A DNA stretch of 64,000 nt from the NCBI GenBank assembly GCA_046539305.1, contig JBKHHE010000004.1, positions 606 to 64,605 on the forward strand, in the 5' to 3' direction. Made by a program: the position numbers and the translations under genes. Numbering within the stretch: position 1 is the first letter of the stretch; every line of letters begins with the position of its first letter. Origin of the DNA: Candidatus Aenigmatarchaeota archaeon (lineage in GTDB: Archaea > Aenigmatarchaeota > Aenigmatarchaeia > PWEA01). The notes below the pieces were generated by a model. The model saw only the letters and a list, made by a program, of their open reading frames with translations. It was not told where the DNA came from and made no database searches. Below are positions 54,205 to 62,521 of this stretch, piece by piece.

Positions 54205-56355
54205 ATGAAAATCGAGGAGCTGGAGATACCGGAAAAATCAAAACAAAAGTTTCTGGACCGTGGCATCGAAAAGCTAAACCCGCCGCAGGAGCAGGCCGTG
54301 GAAAAGGGCGCCCTGGAAGGAGAGTCCATGGTGGTCGCGTCTCCCACGGCGTCGGGCAAGACCGCTATAGTGGAGTTCGCGTTTCTGAAGAAAATTCTCG
54401 AGGAAGGGAAAAAATGCGCCTACATAGTCCCTTTACGTGCCCTGGCCCAGGAGAAGTACAACGACTTCAAGGAGTACGAGGATCTTGGAATAAAGGTCGC
54501 GGTTTCGGTCGGTGATTACGACTCCTCCGCCTCAAGTCTCGGCGACTACGACCTGATCATAACGACGTCGGAGAAGATGGATTCCATCCTCAGACACGAC
54601 CCGGCCTGGGCGCAGGATATAGGCCTCGTGGTCTCGGACGAGATACATCTTCTTAACGACGAGTCCCGGGGACCGACCCTTGAAGTCACTCTCACGAGGC
54701 TTAGGCAGCTAACTGACGCACAGATCCTCGGACTCTCCGCCACCATATCCAACGCGGACGAACTTGCAGGGTGGCTCGGCGCGGAACTTGTATCCTCGGA
54801 CTACAGACCCGTGGAACTGTATGAGGGTGTCTACGACGGCAACGAGGTGGAATTTCAAAATCAGGATAACCTTAATTTTGATAAAGGCGGTAGGGGAGAA
54901 CACGTTATTTCGGACCATACTTTGAAAAAGGATAAACAGGCTTTGATTTTTGCTTCCTCCAGAAGGAACGCGGAGTCGATAGCCGAGAAGACCGGTGAGG
55001 AGATATCACATCATTTATCCGAAGAGGGAAAGAAGAAACTGGATGAGCTGGCCGAGGAAATATTGAATGTTCCATCCCAGCCCACGGAGCAGTGCAAAAG
55101 GCTTGCGAAATGTGTGAGGACAGGCACGGCTTTCCATCACGCAGGTCTCGCCAACGGTCAGAGACATCTCCTGGAGGACGCCTTCAGGGACAGGTTGATC
55201 AGAATAATTTCCGCTACACCTACTCTTGCAGCAGGAGTTAACCTTCCCGCATTCCGTGTATTGATACGCGATGCAAAGAGGTATCACCCGGACAAAGGCA
55301 TGGCATTTATACCTGTTCTTGAGTACGAGCAGATGAGCGGCCGCGCAGGAAGGCCTGACTACGATGACTACGGCGAGGCGATCCTCGTAGGCAAGAACGA
55401 GAATCAGGCGGAGGAACTGAAGGAGAAGTTCATCGAGGGAGAGGCTGAAGAAATCTACTCCAAGCTCGCCGTGGAGCCCGTGCTGCGTACCCACATCTTG
55501 TCACTCGTCGCAACTAGAGTAACGCGCGATAGAGACTCTCTGGATGACTTCCTCTCCAAGACATTCTTCTACCACCAGTATCAGGATATGAAGCGAATAG
55601 AGGCAAAAGTTGACAGGATCCTCAGGAAACTGGAGGACTGGAGGTTTATAACCAGGGAGGAAGGCAGCTTGAAGCCCACGAGGGTCGGGAAGAGGGTCGC
55701 GGAGCTTTACCTGGACCCCGACTCCGCGCACGAACTTCTCGAAGGACTGGAGAGCGAGAAAGAGTATACGGCCTTCGGTCTTCTGACGCTGATCTCGAAT
55801 ACCAGCGAGATGAGGACCTTGCGGATGAAAGACAGCGAGTTCGACCGTATACAGGAGGAACTGGCCAAACATGAGAATGAGTTGCTTAAGCCTGTGCCGT
55901 CGCCGTGGGATCTGGGTTATGAATCCTTCCTCTCTGCCGTGAAAACCGCGCTTATGCTACAGGACTGGATAAAGGAAAGGGGTGAAGATGAACTTATGGA
56001 GGAGTACGGTGAAACGCCCGGAGGTCTCAGGAGCAGACAGGAACTGGCTGACTGGCTTCTGTACTCGATGCAGGAGCTGGCACGACTTCTGAACAAGAAA
56101 GATAAGCTCAGGCCTATCAGAAAGCTGAGAACCCGCTTGAAACACGGCGTGAAGGAGGAACTGGTGCCTTTGGTTAGGCTGAGGGGTATAGGGAGAGTGA
56201 GAGCCAGGAAGTTGTGGAAGGCAGGGTTCAGGGGCCTTTCCGACCTGAGGTCCGCACCGACGAAAAGACTGAAGGATGTCCTGGGAGCAAAGACAGGAGA
56301 GAAGGTCAAGGAGCAACTGGATACCAAGGACGACCAGGAAATACTTGGAGATTAG
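54205..56355 (+). CDS. hel308: Hel308/Ski2-like DNA helicase
   Basis: Motifs ASPTASGKT, DEIH, SAT and QMSGRAGRP, plus C-terminal helix-hairpin-helix LRGIGRVRARKL. Confidence 0.9.
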   Translation: MKIEELEIPEKSKQKFLDRGIEKLNPPQEQAVEKGALEGESMVVASPTASGKTAIVEFAFLKKILEEGKKCAYIVPLRALAQEKYNDFKEYEDLGIKVAVSVGDYDSSASSLGDYDLIITTSEKMDSILRHDPAWAQDIGLVVSDEIHLLNDESRGPTLEVTLTRLRQLTDAQILGLSATISNADELAGWLGAELVSSDYRPVELYEGVYDGNEVEFQNQDNLNFDKGGRGEHVISDHTLKKDKQALIFASSRRNAESIAEKTGEEISHHLSEEGKKKLDELAEEILNVPSQPTEQCKRLAKCVRTGTAFHHAGLANGQRHLLEDAFRDRLIRIISATPTLAAGVNLPAFRVLIRDAKRYHPDKGMAFIPVLEYEQMSGRAGRPDYDDYGEAILVGKNENQAEELKEKFIEGEAEEIYSKLAVEPVLRTHILSLVATRVTRDRDSLDDFLSKTFFYHQYQDMKRIEAKVDRILRKLEDWRFITREEGSLKPTRVGKRVAELYLDPDSAHELLEGLESEKEYTAFGLLTLISNTSEMRTLRMKDSEFDRIQEELAKHENELLKPVPSPWDLGYESFLSAVKTALMLQDWIKERGEDELMEEYGETPGGLRSRQELADWLLYSMQELARLLNKKDKLRPIRKLRTRLKHGVKEELVPLVRLRGIGRVRARKLWKAGFRGLSDLRSAPTKRLKDVLGAKTGEKVKEQLDTKDDQEILGD

Positions 56356-57332
56356 TCTTCTTTTTCCTGTTCTATTTTAAGCTCATCTACTAGAATTATG
56401 GCCAGGGAAAGCAAGATGGGACCTATTATTATTCCTCCTGGACCGAATGCGTGGATTCCTCCTACAAAACCCAGGAGGATTATAAAGGAGTGTATCTTTG
56501 CTTTATTTCCCATTACACGGGGTCTGAGGAAGTAGTCCGCTACGGCCATAACAAAGGCGCCGGAGATCATGTATGCGGCACCTAAGAGATAGTTCTGCTT
56601 CAGCACCTCGTATATACCAACAGGAAAGTAGACTAGGGAAGGGCCAAGGAGCGGAATGAGCGAAAGTATGCCTATAATTATTCCGAAGAAGACCGGATAC
56701 GGATGTCCAAGCAGGTAGAATATAATTCCACCGATAAGACCCTCGATGACTGCTACCAAAATCTGGGCCCGGATGAAGCCATCGACGTTCAGCTTAACCT
56801 TGTTCAGTACTCTCTCTTTGTTGTCCTCGTGGAGCGGAAGGTTCTTCCTGATGTATTTATACAGTTTTTCTCCTTGTGTCAGAAAATAGAAGAAACCTAT
56901 GAAGAATATTACGAGTGAGAAGGTGATGTGGGGTATTCTCGTTCCCAGACCCGTAAGGTAGTTCAGTAATCGGGTCATTGCTGTGTCCGAAGCCTCCTGT
57001 ACAACTCTATAACCCATGAACTCTATTTCCTGGAGGTTTCCGAAGTTCGCCAGTAGCTCCGGTAGCTTTCTGTAAAGCCTTTGAGCTTCTCTTATGAGGA
57101 CTCTGGTACCCTCTCTGACCATGAGTATAGTTATAACCGCCACAAGCGCCGTGAGACTTGCACCTGCCGCAAAATCCGTGGTTTTTTTCCGGAGCCAGTT
57201 GTAGGCGGGATAGCTGAAGTAGGCCAGCATCATCGCGAAGAGGAGTACGGATACGTAGGGCCACAGTATGTACAGCGAAAGGATTAGGAGCAGTATTACA
57301 GAGATCTTGACAACTAACTCGTTGTCGCCCAT
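56352..57332 (-). CDS. AI-2E (PerM/YhhT) family transporter
   Basis: 326 aa, about 8 TM, typical family layout. Confidence 0.78.
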   Translation of the reverse strand: MGDNELVVKISVILLLILSLYILWPYVSVLLFAMMLAYFSYPAYNWLRKKTTDFAAGASLTALVAVITILMVREGTRVLIREAQRLYRKLPELLANFGNLQEIEFMGYRVVQEASDTAMTRLLNYLTGLGTRIPHITFSLVIFFIGFFYFLTQGEKLYKYIRKNLPLHEDNKERVLNKVKLNVDGFIRAQILVAVIEGLIGGIIFYLLGHPYPVFFGIIIGILSLIPLLGPSLVYFPVGIYEVLKQNYLLGAAYMISGAFVMAVADYFLRPRVMGNKAKIHSFIILLGFVGGIHAFGPGGIIIGPILLSLAIILVDELKIEQEKED

Positions 57333-57468
57333 AAGGTTTTATGTTATTCCTTTGTTTTTAAAATTGAACGCTGACAAAGGAGGAATTCCTGCCGTTTTAT
57401 TCTAGGATGTTTGCCGCTCGCCGAACAAAAACCAAAGCATTATTAAAACACCTGATCCAATTTTATGT

Positions 57469-58383
57469 ATGAAAGAACTGGAAGACATTGGTAGCTGGGT
57501 CAGAGAGAACAAGGCGGCGACAGCAGTAATCGTGGTAGTAGTTTTGCTAATTACAGGGGGAATCTATTCTATTTTTCAGGCTTCATTCAGCTACATGGGA
57601 GCAGCGCCCGACATGGCTCAAGAGAGTTTCGAAGGAGGAAGAGCTCCTGAAGGTGATACAGGCACAAGCGGTTCCGGTGAATACGTAGAGGTGAAGGAAG
57701 CGGACGTGGATATAGAGTCTGAGAACGTGGAGCAGGACTCCGAAAGTATAACTGAGAGTGCGGACCTACACGGAGGGTACGTCGAGGAGAGCAGGAAAGA
57801 AACAACCAGCCTCTACAGGAGGATACACCTCACTGTCCGCGTTCCACGGGACAACTTCACCGACTACGTTGATCGACTGAAGGAAAACTACGACCTCAAT
57901 TCGTACAACGTCAGGAACTACAGGATCGGCATTCAAAGGGAACTGGACGAGCTACAGATTCTCAACAAAACGTTTCATGAGTACGAGGAGTACAGAGAGG
58001 AGGCTAAAGAAAAGGAACTGAGCGAGGAGAAGCTCGATCTACTAATGGAAATAACGGAGAAGGAACTCCGAGTAAGAGAAAGAATGAAAAGTTACGAGAG
58101 GCAGCTCGGAGAGAAGCAAAAGATGGCGGAGTACTCGACAGTGAGAGTAACTCTGGAGGAGAGGAGAGTAGTCGACATAACACCCGGGAACATAGGGAAC
58201 CGCTTCAAGCAGCAGGTCAAGGAGATGCTGGACAACGTGGTGGCGACGTTGATAGGCACTGTAACAGGCGCTGTAGAACTCTTCTTCGGAGTGATAAAGC
58301 TCATTGTCTACCTGATTGTTATCGCGGTGCCGCTGGCCCTTGCGTACAAGCTAGGGAAGAGAGTTTACGAGAAGTTCCAGTAG
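57469..58383 (+). CDS. membrane-anchored DUF4349-like protein
   Basis: N-terminal TM, central coiled-coil domain, C-terminal TM pair. Confidence 0.5.
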   Translation: MKELEDIGSWVRENKAATAVIVVVVLLITGGIYSIFQASFSYMGAAPDMAQESFEGGRAPEGDTGTSGSGEYVEVKEADVDIESENVEQDSESITESADLHGGYVEESRKETTSLYRRIHLTVRVPRDNFTDYVDRLKENYDLNSYNVRNYRIGIQRELDELQILNKTFHEYEEYREEAKEKELSEEKLDLLMEITEKELRVRERMKSYERQLGEKQKMAEYSTVRVTLEERRVVDITPGNIGNRFKQQVKEMLDNVVATLIGTVTGAVELFFGVIKLIVYLIVIAVPLALAYKLGKRVYEKFQ

Positions 58384-58563
58384 AACAAAACCCCTTCCTT
58401 GTTTCTTTTTATTTTCCAATTTGGAAAGCACTACTCCCTTTCTTTGATTTTTAATATCCGCGTCAAAATAATTTTTTCTATGTCCGAATATCTGACTCCT
58501 TCTTTTTCAGCCATAGGAGTAGAGAATAGCTTCGATAGATAAAATCTTGATTTTCTTCAGAGT

Positions 58564-59493
58564 CTAGAACAGGAAGTTGAAGACGAAGCCCAGGATGAGG
58601 ATTCCCAGGGAAACGACGGCCGCGTAGGCTGCAATAAGCTTCTTCTCCATCACTTTTTTCAGTATCACGAACTGCGGAAGGCTCAAGGCGGCTACGGACA
58701 TCATGAAGGCGATGGATGTTCCGATGGGCAGTCCCTTAGCGACCAGACTTTCCACGACCGGGATGACGCCCATTATATTGGTGTAGATCGGGACGCCGAC
58801 CAGCACGGCCGCCGGGACTGCCAGAGTCCCGGTAAGGTATTTTCCTATAAGTTCTTGTGGTACGAAGCCGTGAACCGCCGCACCGATTCCGACACCTATG
58901 ATAACGTAGGGTAAAATTTCCCTGACGATGGACTTGGTCTCCTCCAGCGCAAGATCAAACCTCTCCTTTCTTGAGATGTCCTCTTTGCCGTGGTTCCCTG
59001 CTGCGCCGTCAAACTGCCTGAGGTACTTTTCAAACCCCAGCTTCTTCAGGAGGTAACCCCCGGAGACACCGACAGCAACACCACCGAGCACGTAGGCCAG
59101 AGTCACCTTCCACCCGAGGGTCCCAAGAAGAACGACGACCGCGGCCTCGTTGACCATCGGCGAGACAAAGAGGAAGGTGATTATCATGCCGAAGGGGATA
59201 CCCGCGGCCACGAAGCCAAGGAAGATGGGTATCGTGGAGCAGGAGCAGAAGGGAGAGACTATGCCGAGGAGTGCGGCGCCTAGATAACCGAAGACACTAT
59301 GTTTCCCCTTCAGGTAGTCACGGATCTTCTCCGGCTTTATGTAGGTCCTCAGGTAACCGATACCCAGGATTACAGCGAACAGTATAAACAGTATCTTCAG
59401 CGTGTCGTAGATCCAGAACTGGACCGTGTCTGCAAGCCTTCCGGTCAAGCCCAGACTGTTTACCACGAAGGAGGCTATCGCTTCGAAGACCAT
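58564..59493 (-). CDS. predicted permease (DUF318/ArsP-like)
   Basis: Cys-rich motif SPFCSCSTIPIFLGF and about 8 TM. Operon with the thioredoxin-like and ArsR genes. Confidence 0.75.
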   Translation of the reverse strand: MVFEAIASFVVNSLGLTGRLADTVQFWIYDTLKILFILFAVILGIGYLRTYIKPEKIRDYLKGKHSVFGYLGAALLGIVSPFCSCSTIPIFLGFVAAGIPFGMIITFLFVSPMVNEAAVVVLLGTLGWKVTLAYVLGGVAVGVSGGYLLKKLGFEKYLRQFDGAAGNHGKEDISRKERFDLALEETKSIVREILPYVIIGVGIGAAVHGFVPQELIGKYLTGTLAVPAAVLVGVPIYTNIMGVIPVVESLVAKGLPIGTSIAFMMSVAALSLPQFVILKKVMEKKLIAAYAAVVSLGILILGFVFNFLF

Positions 59494-59726
59494 CAGCTGA
59501 TCAGCTCCTCTATCTCTTCTTCGTCAAGCATTTTACCCTTGGCTTCGACGTCGTCATCGATTACGACAGCAGGCGTGGTCATGATCCCCATCTCCGCCAT
59601 CCTTTCCAGGTCGGTGACCTTCTCCACCTCCACGCCCTTTCCGGTCCTCTCAACTACACTTTCGAACCTTTCCTTCAGACTGCTACATTTTTTGCATCCT
59701 TCGGCGCCGAAGATTTCAACTTTCAT
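59493..59726 (-). CDS. thioredoxin-fold small protein (redox-active disulfide protein 2 type)
   Basis: 77 aa with CKKC redox motif. Start/stop overlaps with both neighbours. Confidence 0.75.
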   Translation of the reverse strand: MKVEIFGAEGCKKCSSLKERFESVVERTGKGVEVEKVTDLERMAEMGIMTTPAVVIDDDVEAKGKMLDEEEIEELIS

Positions 59727-60006
59727 CTGGAGACACCCCCTCAGCGATTTCCAGCAGTTTTTTTACCTTTTCTGGATTTTTGACCCGGCCCTCGAGCTTT
59801 TTACCTTTCTTCCTCGTCTCGATGACATCCGCCTCCTCCAGCTTCTTGAAGTGGCGGTAGATGACGGACGTGTCCTTGTCCACGATGTCGTCCATCTCGC
59901 AGTAACACTTGAATTTGTCCGCTTCCAGCAGATTTTCGACTATCCTGAGCCTCTGCTCGGAGGACAGGGCCTTGAGTATCTTTGAAACATTTTTCAAACT
60001 TTGCAT
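59716..60006 (-). CDS. ArsR/SmtB-family transcriptional regulator
   Basis: ALSSEQRLRIVENLL...CYCEMDDIV...VIYRHFKKLEEADVI winged helix-turn-helix. Confidence 0.8.
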   Translation of the reverse strand: MQSLKNVSKILKALSSEQRLRIVENLLEADKFKCYCEMDDIVDKDTSVIYRHFKKLEEADVIETRKKGKKLEGRVKNPEKVKKLLEIAEGVSPDES

Positions 60007-60008
60007 CT

Positions 60009-60024
60009 ATGCACAATTATGCAT
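60009..60024. promoter_or_regulatory. imperfect 16-bp palindrome ATGCACAATTATGCAT, candidate ArsR operator
   Basis: 7 of 8 matching half-sites. Lies between the minus-strand TATA (AATTTTATAAAG, 60030-60041) and the arsR ATG at 60006. Confidence 0.4.
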
Positions 60025-60148
60025 AAGTCTTTATAAAATTAATCCATTCTTACCTCAAGTGGAGCACATATTCCAGCGCTTCTTTTCCCTTATCAACTGA
60101 TAGAGAAAAAGCTCATTTCTGAGTTTTTAATAGCTCCCTTCCGTGGCT

Positions 60149-60610
60149 TCACAGGTTGTCTGGAATGACGTCCTCGCCTATTTCTCCCCCGAAATTTTCC
60201 ATGTACTTTATCACTTCCACGGAAACCAGCGTAGAGTGTGCCTTTTCTCCAGGCATACATTCGACGTACCTTTCTGCCAGCTTACTGTCCGCCTTTTCCA
60301 TGGGGTCCCCGTCCATAGGTATCTCCTTTGACCACCCAAGGTCCGTAACTACCCTCACGGATCCTGGATCCCGTTCATCGATTTCTCTCTCGATTCCCTG
60401 TCTAATTACAGAAAGATTTCCAACAGACATCTCGTACCCACCGAACATTTTGCGCATCGAACTCACTGTCCCGGACTTTTCATCGATTTCATATATCAAT
60501 TTATTCTTTTCCTCATCGTAGTGCATATCCTGCCTTATGTTTTCTTTGGCTATTTCTGTATACGGCTCTGCTATTGCGTCCAATATTTCGTCAAAAACCA
60601 TATCAATCAC
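60149..60610 (-). CDS. hypothetical protein
   Basis: 150-153 aa (GTG 60610 or ATG 60601). The promoter carries the TAGTAACTA site. Confidence 0.5.
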   Translation of the reverse strand: MIDMVFDEILDAIAEPYTEIAKENIRQDMHYDEEKNKLIYEIDEKSGTVSSMRKMFGGYEMSVGNLSVIRQGIEREIDERDPGSVRVVTDLGWSKEIPMDGDPMEKADSKLAERYVECMPGEKAHSTLVSVEVIKYMENFGGEIGEDVIPDNL

Positions 60611-60633
60611 GTATAATTGTTACCACTATATGA

Positions 60634-60642
60634 TAGTAACTA
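60634..60642. promoter_or_regulatory. palindromic TAGTAACTA site just downstream of the TATA box of gene 60149..60610
   Basis: Minus strand reads CTTTAAATAGTAGTAGTTACTAT. This matches CATTTAAATAGTAGTTACTAT at 11499-11519. Confidence 0.4.
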
Positions 60643-60742
60643 CTACTATTTAAAGCTTGTCCTCTTGCAACTCCCCGATTAGGAAAATCAGGATCTGACG
60701 GACCTTTTTGGCTTTTAAATAGACTGCGATCTGGAAGATTAT

Positions 60743-61816
60743 TTGGTTGATTCAGAGCAAAGTTTGAAATGCCTGGCTATACATGGCAGCTTTAGTGGTA
60801 AAGTGAAGTTTCAGGATAAGGAGATGTCGGTTGACCTGGAAAAGGAAGTTTTCAAGGATCCGGGAAAGGGCTTTGATAACGATGGCTGGCTCTGGTGGTT
60901 CTGGCTTTTCTTCATAGACGATCCCTCTGAAGCGGAGAAGCCAAGACAGATGGCGGTTCTCTGGTCCAGAAAGGACGAAAACTCCATAACTTGCAACGGC
61001 AGGAAATTTGGGTTTGGGGGGAATAAAAATGAGGAGGGAATTGTCGCCTCCTGGTATTTTGATGGCGAAGAGATGCACCATAACTACCTTCTTGAGAAGT
61101 CCGAGATGGAGATAGACTCCCGCTCGTTGAAGATGGGGGGCGAAACACCTACAGTTTTCCGGGTTGATGGAGAAACCTGCGAAGTAACTGTTGGAGATAG
61201 CTTTCACTTCACGGCCAGACCAAGAGAGGACTATGATTTTGCCAATAGTTCGAAGTCCTCCGGAGAATATCCCCTTGGTCTAAGTCAGTCAGTTTTGAGA
61301 TGCACACGTCTCGGCCTTGAAAGCGAGGTGGGGAGAGAGGTTGCTAAGGGCAGTGCCTACTTCCAGCGAGTAAACATAAATGCTCCGACGCCAAGCTGGT
61401 ACTGGGGTATATTCCATTTCGAAAACGATGCTTTCCTCGATTACCATAAGTCTTGGCTGTTTGGGAAAACCTTGAAAGAGGAGCTGGCCTTTTACGACGG
61501 TGATGAAGCCTATACTTTCGACAAATTTTCAGTAGAGATGAACGAGGAGAGCGATCTCCCCTCTTTCCATATATCCGCAGAAGCAGAAAACGGACGGAAG
61601 GAGTTAAACTTCACGGTCAAACCTTACTCGAAGGCCTCCTGGAAGTTCAGGAAGAAAGTTGCGAAGGTTATATCCAACAAACTTACGTACAGGGAGTATC
61701 CGGCCAAGATCTCCCAGCTCGAGTTCGTAGACAGGAAGAAAGAAAAGAAACGGACCCTGGAAGATTTAGGAAGTTCAGTCGGAAATACCGAGTACACCAC
61801 GGGATTCCTGCTTTGA
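60743..61816 (+). CDS. hypothetical protein (Trp-rich, possibly beta-barrel/lipocalin-like)
   Basis: Long ORF. Start uncertain (TTG 60743 or ATG 60824). No confident family assignment. Confidence 0.5.
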   Translation: MVDSEQSLKCLAIHGSFSGKVKFQDKEMSVDLEKEVFKDPGKGFDNDGWLWWFWLFFIDDPSEAEKPRQMAVLWSRKDENSITCNGRKFGFGGNKNEEGIVASWYFDGEEMHHNYLLEKSEMEIDSRSLKMGGETPTVFRVDGETCEVTVGDSFHFTARPREDYDFANSSKSSGEYPLGLSQSVLRCTRLGLESEVGREVAKGSAYFQRVNINAPTPSWYWGIFHFENDAFLDYHKSWLFGKTLKEELAFYDGDEAYTFDKFSVEMNEESDLPSFHISAEAENGRKELNFTVKPYSKASWKFRKKVAKVISNKLTYREYPAKISQLEFVDRKKEKKRTLEDLGSSVGNTEYTTGFLL

Positions 61817-61876
61817 AGTAGCTCCTCCAAAATATCTTGGTTCTTGGTCTTCAGGTCTGCCCAAGAAGACCACACA

Positions 61877-61890
61877 TTGACGATCGTCAA
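61877..61890. promoter_or_regulatory. perfect 14-bp palindrome TTGACGATCGTCAA abutting the toxin-gene TATA box
   Basis: Immediately upstream of CTGTTTTAAATG (61891-61902). The relE-like ATG is at 61922. Confidence 0.5.
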
Positions 61891-61921
61891 CTGTTTTAAA
61901 TGAGAAATCTCTACAATACAT

Positions 61922-62179
61922 ATGACCTATCAAGTAGAAATCAAGGAGCCAGCAGAAAAGAAGTTAAAGAAACTGGACAAATCGAAGTCAGAGGAAATTC
62001 TAAATCAGATAGACAAACTCAAGAAGTATCCTCAGAAATATGGAAAACCGCTCGGAGGCCGGTTGAGTGGATTCTGGCAACTCAGGTCGGGAAAATATCG
62101 AATATGGTACACGATTGAGAATAAGGTCGTATACGTCAGGGCAGTAAAGCACAAAGAAGAGGCAGAAGAATACTACTGA
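61922..62179 (+). CDS. relE: RelE/ParE-family type II toxin
   Basis: 85 aa. The AEKKLKKLDK...ILNQIDKL...LSGFWQLRSGKYRIWYTIENKVVYVRAVKHK pattern is typical of RelE/ParE. Confidence 0.8.
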   Translation: MTYQVEIKEPAEKKLKKLDKSKSEEILNQIDKLKKYPQKYGKPLGGRLSGFWQLRSGKYRIWYTIENKVVYVRAVKHKEEAEEYY

Positions 62180-62331
62180 CCCTCGATTTCTTCTCGGACT
62201 TCTTCAAGACTCTTAGAAGGAGCTCCTTCGCTCTCTCTAATCTGTCTCATAACCTCTTCGTCCTCGAGAGTTTCGATTGTGGCCTTCATCTCTTTCAGCT
62301 GTCTCTTGGGAATTTCTATCGTTTCGGGCAT
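62173..62331 (-). CDS. small antitoxin-like protein (52 aa), below the ORF-track size cutoff
   Basis: Own translation gives MPETIEIPKRQLKEMKATIETLEDEEVMRQIRESEGAPSKSLEEVREEIEGQ. GGAGG lies 8 nt upstream of the ATG, with ATATTTAAAG further upstream. The TLEDEEVMRQIRESE block resembles the C-terminus of Phd/YefM/RelB-type antitoxins. Confidence 0.5.
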   Translation of the reverse strand: MPETIEIPKRQLKEMKATIETLEDEEVMRQIRESEGAPSKSLEEVREEIEGQ

Positions 62332-62521
62332 AATTATCCTCCTCATTCAAGTCTTGGTCAGAATACTTTAAATATCTTTCTTCTGGTGTAGAACTGGAAA
62401 GGGTTCGATGCCGGCGGAGTGTACACAGACAAACTGTTCGATTTGTCCGGGTTAGATTTTCTGTATAATACTTGGGTATGGTAGTTTATATATTCTCAAG
62501 AGGCAGTCCTTCATCTTTTTA

